Of a stretch of 64,000 nt of DNA, positions 19,542 through 29,318 are shown piece by piece. A program made the translations under genes and the position numbers. Where the stretch lies: the NCBI GenBank assembly GCA_965200245.1, contig CBDATS010000015.1:373209-437208 (forward strand). The letters run 5' to 3'. Under the pieces are notes generated by a model. It had not been told where the DNA came from. It did not search any database and saw only the letters and a list, made by a program, of their open reading frames with translations. The first letter of the stretch is position 1, and each line of letters begins with the position of its first letter. This stretch comes from a bacterium (GTDB taxonomy: Bacteria > UBA8248).

Positions 19542-20408
19542 TCAGTATCCGTCCAGCACTTTCAGGATGGTTCGCCGAACCAGAATGGGCGTCACTTGCC
19601 GTCTGTAATTGTCGCTAGCGCGGATATCGGTCAAGGGTTCGATATCTCCGAGCGTATCCGCCAACACGGTGTCGATGTTCTCCTGGTTGATCTCTTTGCC
19701 CTCAAGACCTTCTTCCGCCGCCTTGAGGCGTCTGAAAACAGCCTCCACACCGCCCAAGCCGATTCTCACCTCCTTGGCAGTCTTGCCATCCTCTTCGGTG
19801 AGCACCGCGGTGGAAACGGATACGCAGGGCTTGTCTTCCTTCGAACGCGTGGTGAAGCGCGTGCACGCCGTACGGAAACCATCGGGCAGCGGATCAACCT
19901 CTATGGAACAGAGCAATTCATCCTCATCCAGGGCGCACTCGTAATACCCCGTCCAGAACTCCGTCGCCGGAATCACGCGCGCGGATCCATCTGCCTTTTT
20001 GGTATTCATACGCGCTTCCAGGACAAGAAACGCACCGGGAGGATCGGACGCCGGTTCCGCAAAACACAGGTTGCCGCCTACAGTCCCCTGGCTTCGAATT
20101 CGAATCGTGGCCACGTTGTGAAAAATTTCCGCGAGGAGCGGGAAGCGTTCCTGGACGATCGGGGATAGTTCGATCTTGCGGTGCACCGTCCTCGCCCCGA
20201 TGCGGATGCCGCCGGTTTCGGTTCCTTCAATGAAGTCCAGATCGCCTGCACCTGCGATGTCAATCAATACCTCGGGTTCGTACACCCCCGATTTCATGAG
20301 AATCGAGAGAGCCACGCCGCCAGCAAAAACTTTCCCGTCATCGCCATGCTCCTTCAGGGCGGCGAGCGTTTCCTCCGCGCTGTTCGCGGGTAGGTGTCGA
20401 AAAACCAT
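19542..20408 (-). CDS. Xanthine dehydrogenase/CoxM-family FAD-binding subunit
   Basis: FAGG, IRIGA, IRSQGTVGGN, PASD, DIRASDNYR. Confidence 0.92.
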   Translation of the reverse strand: MVFRHLPANSAEETLAALKEHGDDGKVFAGGVALSILMKSGVYEPEVLIDIAGAGDLDFIEGTETGGIRIGARTVHRKIELSPIVQERFPLLAEIFHNVATIRIRSQGTVGGNLCFAEPASDPPGAFLVLEARMNTKKADGSARVIPATEFWTGYYECALDEDELLCSIEVDPLPDGFRTACTRFTTRSKEDKPCVSVSTAVLTEEDGKTAKEVRIGLGGVEAVFRRLKAAEEGLEGKEINQENIDTVLADTLGDIEPLTDIRASDNYRRQVTPILVRRTILKVLDGY

Positions 20409-20427
20409 TTTCTCTCCCCTTTCCTCG

Positions 20428-22713
20428 TTATTCGCCGTTTTTCTCGTTCAACGCGGCCAGAACCTTTTCCGGCGTTATCGGCAGTGACGTAATACGCACA
20501 CCCACGGCGTCATAGATCGCGTTGCCGATTGCCGCCGAGGTGCCCAGTTGCGCCATCTCGCCCAACCCTTTCGCTCCATAAGGCCCCGAGGGGTTTTCCG
20601 TCTCGATCAACACGGCTTCGAGTTCGGGCAAATCCTGGGTCGTGGGCAGTTTGTAGTCGAGCCAGTTCGCGTTCACCGGCTGGCCGTCTTCGCACTCGAA
20701 ATCTTCCATCATGGCGTAGCCCACGCCCATCAGTGCGCCGCCGTCCAACTGCCCCTGCGCGCCGGCGGGGTTCACGATTGTTCCGCAGTCATTCGTGCTG
20801 ATGACCCGCAAGACCTCGAACGCGCCGGTTTCAGTATCCACTTCCACTTCCGCCACCTTGGCGCCGTAAGCATATGCGGCGGACCAGTTTCCATAGCCCG
20901 TTACGGGGTCCGGGGTTTCGCTCGGGGAGTCGTACGAAGACGCCGTGTAGACGGCCTCGCTACCCTCTTTTTCATATAACTTCATGTAAGCATCGCTGTG
21001 GGTCACCTGCCGTTCGGGAGAACTGGTGACGAAAATCTTGCCCTCACGCGCGTCGAGATCCTTCGGGTCACATTCAAGCAGTTCCGACGCGCCCTTGAAC
21101 AGCATGTTCCTCGCCTGTACCGAAGCCAGGCGAGTGGCCTCGCCGTCGATGGTCGTCGTGCGGCTTCCGCGCACGCCCCATCCGTAGGGGTTCACTGCGG
21201 TATCGCCGTTGATGATCCGCACATCCTCTACACGTATGCCTATCGCTTCGGCGCAAATCTGTGCGAGCGTGGTGTCCGAGCCGTTGCCCATCTCGATGGT
21301 GCCCGAAAGCAACTGCACGGTGCCGTCCTTGTTCATCTTGATGAACGCGCCCGCCGTTTCCGGACCCATCGCTCGTGCGCCGGTAAAATGAACCGCCGCG
21401 GCAACTCCGTAGCCACGCCTTTTCCCGTTGCTGCCGGGTTGTTTCTCACGCCAGGGCACGCGTTTGACCGCTTCTTCCACACACTCGGAAACGCCGCAGC
21501 TTGTAATTTTGGCCCCGATGATGGTGGTATCGCCCCTTTTGACGAAGTTCTTGATGCGAAACTCCGCCGGATCCATGCCGATTTCCTCGGCGTGCTTGTC
21601 CATGGCGAGTTCCGACCCGAACGCATAGCCTGCATTGCCGATTCCGCGCATCGCGCCGCCGGGTGGCACGTTCGTGCAGACAACATCGGCGTGATGGCGA
21701 TAGGCCTTGTAGTTATAGATGCTCCCCCCCATGTGCGCCGTAATGGAGCCGACTGCCGGGCTGTAATCGGAATAGCCGCCGTTTTCCACCACCATCTGCG
21801 TGTCTCGCGCAAGCAGCATGCCGTCCCTGTCAGTGGCGATGCGCCAGACATGGCACTGCTTCGTCCGGTGCGTGCCGAGAAGGAATTCCTCTTCGCGCGT
21901 GTAATAGAACTTCACGGGAAGGTCCAGCTTTTTCGCCGCGATGATGGAGAGGAAATCGATGTTGAACTTGCTCGTCGCCTTTCCGCCGAAACCGCCACCC
22001 ACGTAATTCGTGATCACGCGAATCTGGGCTTCGGGAATCTTGAGAAGTTTCGAGAAATACTGGCTCGACAGACTCGGGCATTGCGAGGAATTGTAGACCG
22101 TTACGTCGCCCTTCTGCGACCACTCGGCGATAGATACGTGCGCCTCCAGGGAACCGTGCATCTGGCGGGAGGAGGAAGTAGCCAGTTCGCTCACATGATG
22201 GGCTTCGTCGAACATGCGGTCCACATCGCCGAATTCCATGTGCTTTGTGAATGCGATGTTGTTCGGGTACCTGTCATGAATAACGGGGGCACCCTCTTCC
22301 ATCGCCTCTCTCGGATCGAAAACGGCGGGAAGTTCCTCGTAGTCGACATCGATCAAACCGAGTGCTTCTACCGCGATGTCTTCTGAAATCGCCACGACGG
22401 CCGCCACCGAATCCCCCACGTGGCGAACCTTGTCAGAGGCAAGAGGACGCTGGTCGTAGCAAACTGGCACGACACCCCACTCCACTCCCTCGGGAATGTC
22501 CCTAGCCGTCAAGACAAGCTTGACGCCGGGGAGCTTCTCGGCGCGGCTGGTGTCGATGTTCTTGATCCGTGCATGTGGCAGGGGACTTCCGAGCAGCCTC
22601 CCGTGAAGCATTTTGGGCAACTGCAGATCCAAGGTGAACATGGCCCTGCCTGTCACCTTTTCCGGTCCGTCGACGCGAGGTACGCTTTTCCCGATGTATG
22701 AGAGTTCAGCCAT
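20428..22713 (-). CDS. Xanthine oxidase-family molybdopterin-binding large subunit
   Basis: IGKSVPRVDG.EKVTG.A, GGGFGGK, GAMRG.G, GSR.T, GQ..GG..MG.G.A, DYKLPT..D.P, GAKGLGE. Confidence 0.93.
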   Translation of the reverse strand: MAELSYIGKSVPRVDGPEKVTGRAMFTLDLQLPKMLHGRLLGSPLPHARIKNIDTSRAEKLPGVKLVLTARDIPEGVEWGVVPVCYDQRPLASDKVRHVGDSVAAVVAISEDIAVEALGLIDVDYEELPAVFDPREAMEEGAPVIHDRYPNNIAFTKHMEFGDVDRMFDEAHHVSELATSSSRQMHGSLEAHVSIAEWSQKGDVTVYNSSQCPSLSSQYFSKLLKIPEAQIRVITNYVGGGFGGKATSKFNIDFLSIIAAKKLDLPVKFYYTREEEFLLGTHRTKQCHVWRIATDRDGMLLARDTQMVVENGGYSDYSPAVGSITAHMGGSIYNYKAYRHHADVVCTNVPPGGAMRGIGNAGYAFGSELAMDKHAEEIGMDPAEFRIKNFVKRGDTTIIGAKITSCGVSECVEEAVKRVPWREKQPGSNGKRRGYGVAAAVHFTGARAMGPETAGAFIKMNKDGTVQLLSGTIEMGNGSDTTLAQICAEAIGIRVEDVRIINGDTAVNPYGWGVRGSRTTTIDGEATRLASVQARNMLFKGASELLECDPKDLDAREGKIFVTSSPERQVTHSDAYMKLYEKEGSEAVYTASSYDSPSETPDPVTGYGNWSAAYAYGAKVAEVEVDTETGAFEVLRVISTNDCGTIVNPAGAQGQLDGGALMGVGYAMMEDFECEDGQPVNANWLDYKLPTTQDLPELEAVLIETENPSGPYGAKGLGEMAQLGTSAAIGNAIYDAVGVRITSLPITPEKVLAALNEKNGE

Positions 22714-23114
22714 CACAACCTCCACTCGTTTGCGGCACCAAACCGCATGCCGTTTTTTTAGTTCTTATTCTCTTGATAGAATTTGATTTTCGGATGTATA
22801 CGTTCTTTCTTACCCACCATAATATCCATCGCACTAGCCCGGGACCCGGCAGAGCGCGATGGCGTTTCATTTCGGTTCGATACGCAAATTATAGCAACTA
22901 GACGGGCAAAACAAAAGGGAATTATATATCAGGGACTACAGGCGACCTGAGCATCGGTGAAACATGGGCAAAAGCCAAAAACACCGATCATGACCCGGTG
23001 CTTTTTCTACGGCATCCCGGAAGGAGGCAATCTCGAGTCCTGCGTCTTTGCGCTGACATTCCGTCGAATACAATACGGGAGCAAGCCGCAGGCATCATCG
23101 GAAATAACACGGGA

Positions 23115-23315
23115 TTCCACCCAAAAGCGCAGGTGATCGACGTGCTCGGGGAGTCGTTCTGCCCCGGTCTGGGCGTCACGCTGAAGGGCCCCTCGGATAC
23201 CCGACACCTGCGCCTCGACTACCGGGGCGAATGGACCGGCCGAGAGGACAGGCACTCCGTGAAGGCGGGTTTCTCGATACAGTTCAAGGACCACCTGCCG
23301 GGCTCACCTAGGTGA
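23115..23315 (+). pseudogene. Remnant of an autotransporter/outer-membrane beta-barrel C-terminus
   Basis: Alternating beta-strand pattern GLGVTL...LRLDYRGEW...HSVKAGFSIQF. The Phe codon is followed by AAG, one base from TAG. Confidence 0.5.
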
Positions 23316-23578
23316 GATGGAGCCGGCCGGACCTAAGGCGGACCACAGACCGGGAAACGTCTTTCGGGCTGACCGCAACCGCCCCGAAACAGGTCAACCT
23401 GAAAATACAATTCCTGAGGCAAAACCCCAAAATCAGCATACAAGGTGGCTCCCGGCATGATGAAGAAATTCTCGCGCCAGCTTTTTCCCCTGCGGTTTGT
23501 AGTGTATTATCCGCGAAAATATGAAGCGAATTGCCTGTTTTTCATTCGTGCTGAAACTGCGAGAATTGGAGTGAAGCA

Positions 23579-24325
23579 ATGCCCATTCGTTTTGATTTTC
23601 AGGGTCGAAAGGTCATCCTCACGGGCGCGGCGGGAGCGATGGGAAAACGCATTTTGCAGGGCTATATCGAGGCTGGCGCCAAGGTATTCGCAACGGACAG
23701 GGGAGGCCCCGCCTTCGACGCGATAGAGGGCCCCTCCGATCAACTCTTCAAGCTGCCCTGCGATCTGGCTGACGTGGAAGCCATCCGCACTACCATGCGT
23801 GCGGCACTCGAGTGGCTTGGCGGGTGCGATGTGCTCGCGAACGTGGCCGGCTACATGCCGATTCGCCCGCCGCTCGAACTCGAAGAGAAAGACTGGAACG
23901 TCGTTCTGAACGTGAACCTGCTCGCGCCCTATTTCTGCATTCAGGAGACCATCGAGGCGCTCAAGGCTTCGGGCACGGGGCGCATCATCAGTTTCGCGTC
24001 CATCGCGGGCAAAATGGGTGGCATCGGACCGAACCTCACATACTCCGCCGCCAAAGCGGGCCTGCTCGCTATGACGTTCAACCTGGCGCGAGAACTCGCC
24101 AAGACGGGCGTGACGATCAACACCATCCAGCCCGGCCCGGCCGATACGGGCCTTCATTTCCAGTCCCCACCCGATATGCTCGTGAACGCAGAGAAGGCAC
24201 ATCCCATGGGCCAACTCACTACGCCAGAGGATGTGTGGCACACCGTCTTGTTCCTCACGAGCGAGGAGACCGCGCACATCAACGGAGAGGCCGTGGACGT
24301 GAACGGCGGCTTCTGGACGGACTAG
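23579..24325 (+). CDS. Short-chain dehydrogenase/reductase
   Basis: TGAAGAMG, NVAG, YSAAK, NTIQPG, VNGG. Confidence 0.92.
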   Translation: MPIRFDFQGRKVILTGAAGAMGKRILQGYIEAGAKVFATDRGGPAFDAIEGPSDQLFKLPCDLADVEAIRTTMRAALEWLGGCDVLANVAGYMPIRPPLELEEKDWNVVLNVNLLAPYFCIQETIEALKASGTGRIISFASIAGKMGGIGPNLTYSAAKAGLLAMTFNLARELAKTGVTINTIQPGPADTGLHFQSPPDMLVNAEKAHPMGQLTTPEDVWHTVLFLTSEETAHINGEAVDVNGGFWTD

Positions 24326-24340
24326 CGCGAGGAAATCACC

Positions 24341-25177
24341 ATGACGAACGGCAACCCGAAAGGTTATGCGAATCCCGACTTGCTCTGGTCGCCTGCACAG
24401 CTCAAGGAGCGCATGGGCGACTCGAACCTGAGGATTATCGACACGCGCCCGGGCGAGCGCTACACGATGGGTCACATCCCCGGCGCGCGGCACTTCGACG
24501 TCTACGGCGTGAACAGCGACGATTCGGACGAGGCACCCTTGAGAAATTTCTTCTCCATGTGGGCGTTCCTGCTGGGTAACCGGGGTGTGTCGTTCGGGAA
24601 CACCATCGTTTTCTACGATGATTTCGTCGGCAACACGAGCGTGCGTGGTTTCTGGGTGCTCGAGCTTTTCGGCCATAAGGACGTGCATGTGCTCGACGGC
24701 GGGTATCGAGGGTGGGAACGTGCGGGGTACGGGACGACGCGCGACGCCGAGGTACCCCGCGCCGCTTCTTTCCAGATGGCGTTCGAGCCGGATCGACTCG
24801 CCACGCGAGAGGACGTGCTGGCGGCTATCGAGGACGACAACCACATGCTGCTCGATACCCGCTCAGCAGAGGAATGGGAGGGGCGGAGCATGCGCGCGAA
24901 GCGGAGCGGCATCATCCCCGGTGCGGTATGGCAGGAATGGCTCCAGCATCTGACGCCCGAGGGCGAAATGAAGCCTGCCGACGAGCTTCGCGCACAGTTC
25001 GAGGCCATCGGGATTACGCCAGAAAAAGAGGTGACCGCCTACTGACAGACGGGCTACCGTGCGGCGCACGGTTACTTCGCCCTGCGGCTTCTCGATTACC
25101 CGAAAGTAAGGAACTACATGAGTTCCTGGAAGGAATGGGGCAACCGCGAAGATACGCCCATCGTGCAAGCGCAATAA
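24341..25177 (+). CDS. Two-domain rhodanese/sulfurtransferase (SseA-type), probable selenoprotein (UGA at 25043-25045), 278 aa
   Basis: GHIPGA, VLDGG...W, LLD.RS..E..G, G.IPGA. The frame continues through TGA as [11 protein letters not shown]...V.NY.SSW.EW, the canonical rhodanese C-terminus, to TAA at 25175-25177. Confidence 0.9.
25051..25082 (+). promoter_or_regulatory. Putative bacterial SECIS element
   Basis: ACCGTGC-GGC-GCACGGT perfect stem (25056-25072), starting at the 11th nt after UGA, G-first apical loop; lower pairing GGGC/GCCC. Confidence 0.72.
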
Positions 25178-25341
25178 CGCACATGCCATGCGGCTCGGGG
25201 AGGCGGAGCGCACTTGCCTTAGGGATGCTCTTCCCAAACAATACGCCGAATTGATATGGAACTTTGTAATCAACATTCACGGCCACTACATCTTCTGGAT
25301 GGGGGCACTTTCATTCATTCTCGCATTCCTGGAGGTTTACA

Positions 25342-26358
25342 ATGAAGAGTCATTTCACCCGTATTACCCTGGCCGTCACGTTCGCCCTGGCGCTCTCGGC
25401 GGCCAGCATCGCCTCGGCGGCACCCACACTCAAACTGGGGGCTGCCAGCAACAACGGCGGCATGGTCGTCTTCGTCGGCGTCGACAAGGGCTTTTTTGCA
25501 AAAAACGGGCTGGACGCGAAGGTCGTCGTGCGCAACACGGGCGCGCAGCTTACCAAGTCCCTGAAAGCCGGTCAGATCGACTTCGCTCCCGCGGCGTTTA
25601 CCAACCTTCCCGCGGCACTTGAGCGCGGCATCAAGGTGCGCGGCGTCGTGGGTTACGTTGGCGGTTCCTACAAGAAATCCACAACGGATGAGATGGTGGG
25701 CATCGCCGCACGCCCCGGCACCGGCATCAAGGGCATCAAGGACCTGAAGGACAAGAAAATCGGCGCGACCTTCGGCTCCACCGGCGACCTATACCTCCGT
25801 ACCCTCCTCGAGAGAAACGGCATCGGTGTGGGAGGCGTGCGCCGCATCAACGTGCGTCCGCCGAGCCTTGTCTCGTTGTTCGACTCTGGCGGCGTGGACG
25901 CCATGGTCGCCTGGGAACCCTACCTCACCCGCATGACCGACAAGGTGAAGGGTTCTGCCATCGTGTCGCGCGGCGGCGACTACGTGTGCTTCTGCGCGGG
26001 TATGCACGGCGTTCCCGAACGCGTCTACAAGGACAAGAAGGCGACCCAGGCGTTCGTGAACGGCATGTCCGAGGCGGCCGCCTACGTGCGTGACCCGAAG
26101 AATCTGGATGAAATCTCGAAAATCGGTGCTCGCTACGTCCGCGGCATGGACGCCGCCCTCATCAAGCGCACCTTCAAGTGGTGGACCTATGACCCGCGTC
26201 TGGGCGAGAACACGCTCAAGGCCTTCAATTTCTCGGTGAAACAGCTCATTGCGCAAAAGAAGATGAAGCGTCCCTACGACCCCAAGAAATACTTCGACTT
26301 CCAGTTCATCAACCGGACCATGAAGGAACATCCCGAGTGGTTCAAGGACCTCAACTAG
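25342..26358 (+). CDS. ABC transporter substrate-binding protein, NitT/TauT/SsuA family
   Basis: Signal peptide, KGFFAKNGLD, L.AG.ID, DLK.KKIG..FGST, G.VDA..AWEP. Confidence 0.9.
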   Translation: MKSHFTRITLAVTFALALSAASIASAAPTLKLGAASNNGGMVVFVGVDKGFFAKNGLDAKVVVRNTGAQLTKSLKAGQIDFAPAAFTNLPAALERGIKVRGVVGYVGGSYKKSTTDEMVGIAARPGTGIKGIKDLKDKKIGATFGSTGDLYLRTLLERNGIGVGGVRRINVRPPSLVSLFDSGGVDAMVAWEPYLTRMTDKVKGSAIVSRGGDYVCFCAGMHGVPERVYKDKKATQAFVNGMSEAAAYVRDPKNLDEISKIGARYVRGMDAALIKRTFKWWTYDPRLGENTLKAFNFSVKQLIAQKKMKRPYDPKKYFDFQFINRTMKEHPEWFKDLN

Positions 26359-26380
26359 CCGCAATCGAAGCTGCCTCCCG

Positions 26381-26412
26381 TCCGCGCCCCGTGCCACTTG
26401 CCGGGGCGCGGA
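26381..26412 (+). other. Intercistronic stem-loop after the substrate-binding gene
   Basis: TCCGCGCCCCG / CGGGGCGCGGA perfect 11-bp inverted repeat. Confidence 0.65.
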
Positions 26413-26438
26413 TTGCGCCTGAAAGGAAACGATGAAAC

Positions 26439-27227
26439 ATGCCGGCGAAACTCGTAGTCGAGAGACTATCGCATCACTATCCGGACGAATATACGGGGGA
26501 GGATGTCCACGCACTCGATCAGGTGAGCCTCTCGGTGGAGGACGGCGAGTTTTCCGCCGTCGTAGGTCCCAGCGGCTGCGGAAAGACCACGTTGCTCAAC
26601 ATCCTCGCCGGGCTTCTCCCTCATGGCGAGGGCAGCGTAAAGGTGGACGGCAAGGAGGTGCAGGGACCGGGGCCGGACCGTGGAGTCGTGTTTCAGGAGC
26701 ACGCGATTCTTCCCTGGCGCACCGTAGCGAGAAACATCGGCCACGGCCTGGAGATCCAGGGCGTCGCCAAAAACGAACGGGAACAAAGGGTACAGGAGTT
26801 TGTCGATCTGGTCGGCCTCTCGGGTTTTGAGGACCGCTACCCGCACGAACTCTCCGGCGGCATGAAACAGCGCTGCGCTCTCGCACGGACACTGTGCGCA
26901 AATCCGGTGGTGATGCTGATGGACGAACCCTTCGCCGCCGTGGACGCGCAGACGAGAATCACCCTGCAGGAAGAGTTGAACCGTATCGCCATCGCAACGA
27001 AAAAGACGATTCTCTTCATTACGCACAACGTGGATGAGGCAGCGTTCCTGGGCGACAGGTGCTTCATATTCTCGCGTCGTCCGGGGAAGCTCAAGGCCAC
27101 CGTCAAAATCGACGTTCCGCGAGAAAAACGCATCTGGAAGGACCTGCTCTCCGAGAGGGCCTACACCGACCCGCGCGATGAAATTCTCCGCCTCGTGCGC
27201 GAGGAGGTGTTCGATGACGAGGAGTAA
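26439..27227 (+). CDS. ABC transporter ATP-binding protein, NitT/TauT family
   Basis: GPSGCGKTT, VFQE..ILPW, LSGGMKQR, LMDEPF, ITHNVDEA. Confidence 0.95.
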   Translation: MPAKLVVERLSHHYPDEYTGEDVHALDQVSLSVEDGEFSAVVGPSGCGKTTLLNILAGLLPHGEGSVKVDGKEVQGPGPDRGVVFQEHAILPWRTVARNIGHGLEIQGVAKNEREQRVQEFVDLVGLSGFEDRYPHELSGGMKQRCALARTLCANPVVMLMDEPFAAVDAQTRITLQEELNRIAIATKKTILFITHNVDEAAFLGDRCFIFSRRPGKLKATVKIDVPREKRIWKDLLSERAYTDPRDEILRLVREEVFDDEE

Positions 27228-28038
27228 CGGGACGGCATCGAGAGCGAAACCGCAGTCGAGACAGTGGAGAAGGTTCGTCAGAGGGGGCGGGGTCGAACTC
27301 GTGCTCCTCATCCTGTTCGTTCTGCTGTTGTGGAGCTTTATCTCGCAGAGCATCCCCAACCCGAGCCGCTACCTGCCCTCACCCGTCTCGGTCGTTCTCT
27401 CCTCCTACGACGTCATCTGGAAGGGTTTGTTGCCCAACTTCATCGGGCAGACACTGTGGCGGCTCGTCATCGGCAGCGCCATCGGCCTGTTGCTCGGTAT
27501 CCCCTTCGGCATCGCCTTGGGGCTGAACCGCACCGTATCCGACATGTTCTACCCCATCATGAACTTCTTTCAATCCATATCGGGTATCGCGATTCTTCCC
27601 ATCATTGTCGTCTGGTGGGGCAACAGCGAGAAGACAGTGTTCGCCGTCATCCTTTACACATGTTTTTTCCCCATCGCCTTTAATGTGTTAACGGGAGTGC
27701 GCAGCACTCCCATGATACTGGTGAACGCCCTGCGAACGTTGGGCGCATCGCGCATTCGAATCGTGAAGGACGTACTGATTCCGAGTGCCATGCCCCATAT
27801 TGCTACCGGGGCACGGCTTGGCATCGGCTACGCCTGGCGGGCCGTCATCGCCGGGGAGATGCTCGCCGGCAGACGCGGTCTCGGGTGGATGATCTTCACT
27901 TCCCAGGACGCGGACCTCACCGCGCAGGTTATCCTTGGGATGGTGATGATCGGCGTTATCTGGATCATGATCGACCGCTTCGCCCTTCGTCCCATCGAGG
28001 CGGACACCATCCAAAGGTGGGGGCTCGTGCAAAGATGA
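27214..28038 (+). CDS. ABC transporter permease, NitT/TauT family
   Basis: GAGGAGG before ATG 27214. LPSP, EAA-like loop LRTLGAS, GEML....GLG. Confidence 0.92.
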   Translation: MTRSNGTASRAKPQSRQWRRFVRGGGVELVLLILFVLLLWSFISQSIPNPSRYLPSPVSVVLSSYDVIWKGLLPNFIGQTLWRLVIGSAIGLLLGIPFGIALGLNRTVSDMFYPIMNFFQSISGIAILPIIVVWWGNSEKTVFAVILYTCFFPIAFNVLTGVRSTPMILVNALRTLGASRIRIVKDVLIPSAMPHIATGARLGIGYAWRAVIAGEMLAGRRGLGWMIFTSQDADLTAQVILGMVMIGVIWIMIDRFALRPIEADTIQRWGLVQR

Positions 28039-28895
28039 GCGTACTCCAGGCGGCGTCCATCAGCCTCCAGAAACGATTCGGCCGCCAAAGGCTGCGGAAG
28101 ATTCTGCTGGGGAGCATCCCATTCGTCGTTCTGCTCGCCTTGTGGCAGATGAACACCGAAATGAAATGGCTCCCGCCGGTGTACATTCCGCCCATCGCTT
28201 CCATCTGGGAGGCGATCTACACGCTTTCAGAAGGCTGTGCGGGTGCGGGCGCTGTGCTCTCGATGCAGTACGAGTGCCTGTTCACGAACCATATACTGTC
28301 GAGCCTAGGCCGCGTGGGCCTTAGCCTCGTCATCGGTATCCCTTCGGGCATCGCCCTGGGCGTGCTGGCGGGCATGAGCCGTCGCTTCGCCCACGCGCTC
28401 GAGCCCATTGGCGTGTTCGCCAACGCCATATCAGGCATCGCCTGGGTGCCTCTCGCCATCGTGTGGTTCGGAACCGGCTGGCTCACGACGCTCTTCATTC
28501 TGCTGAACACCGTGTTCTGGCTCATTTTCTTCAACACGCTCCTGGGCGTGCGGGGAGTCCCGAGGGTATATGAAAACTCCGTCATGACAATGGGCGGCGG
28601 GCGATGGGCCATCATCACCCAGGTCTACATCCCAGGCGCACTGCCCAGCATCGTCACGGGCGTGCGCATGAGCATGGGCTTCGGCTGGCGCGCACTCATC
28701 GCTGCGGAGATGATAGGCGGCGACAGCGGCCTCGGATTCATGATCTTTGTCTCCGCCGCCGAATACAAGATTGAGGAAGTGTTCCTGGGCGTGCTCGTCA
28801 TCGCCATCATATGGATGATTACGGACAGGCTGCTTTTGATCCCCCTGGAGAAATGGACCATCCAGAGGTGGGGCATGGTCTGGAGGCCATCGTAA
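28035..28895 (+). CDS. ABC transporter permease, NitT/TauT family
   Basis: ATGA overlap with the previous gene. IAWVPL, PGALPSI.TG.R, WRALIAAEM..G.SGLG. Confidence 0.92.
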   Translation: MSVLQAASISLQKRFGRQRLRKILLGSIPFVVLLALWQMNTEMKWLPPVYIPPIASIWEAIYTLSEGCAGAGAVLSMQYECLFTNHILSSLGRVGLSLVIGIPSGIALGVLAGMSRRFAHALEPIGVFANAISGIAWVPLAIVWFGTGWLTTLFILLNTVFWLIFFNTLLGVRGVPRVYENSVMTMGGGRWAIITQVYIPGALPSIVTGVRMSMGFGWRALIAAEMIGGDSGLGFMIFVSAAEYKIEEVFLGVLVIAIIWMITDRLLLIPLEKWTIQRWGMVWRPS

Positions 28896-28897
28896 TA

Positions 28898-29263
28898 ATG
28901 GACGATTCCCAAAAAACGTCCAAAGGTACCGCCCCCGAACGACGCTGGACACAGCACCCCACCGTGCGTTTCCTAGCCGTCGCGGCGCTACTGTTTGGTC
29001 TGTATTACGGATACGGCTACGCGACCGCTCCTTCGCGTCTCACACCCGCGCTCAAGGAACACCTGGCGACGAATCCCCAGAAACTCGCCCTGCTCGTCAC
29101 GGCAAAGTTTCCCCCCGAGGAATTTCACATCCGCATTTATCAGCAACTCGGCAGCATGCGCGGTGTCAAGGGTTCCACGGCCGAACTCGTCTCCGTAACA
29201 CCCTCGGGCCTGAGCACACTCTCGCAGTATTACTGGATCGAGAAAATTGACCTGAAGAGGTGA
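28898..29263 (+). CDS. Hypothetical single-pass membrane protein, 121 aa
   Basis: Starts 2 nt after the permease stop. One hydrophobic helix followed by a small soluble domain. Confidence 0.72.
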   Translation: MDDSQKTSKGTAPERRWTQHPTVRFLAVAALLFGLYYGYGYATAPSRLTPALKEHLATNPQKLALLVTAKFPPEEFHIRIYQQLGSMRGVKGSTAELVSVTPSGLSTLSQYYWIEKIDLKR

Positions 29264-29318
29264 CGATAGCTAAGACGCACTCTTCACACGCATGAAAACC
29301 ATGCCATGCCTGGTCGGC

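Noticed and set aside
20428-22713. Aerobic CO dehydrogenase CoxL
   Set aside because: The active-site loop is AMRG, not AYXCSFR or AYXGAGR.
25251-25273. FNR box upstream of the ABC binding-protein gene
   Set aside because: TTGAT and ATCAA are 13 nt apart, not 4.
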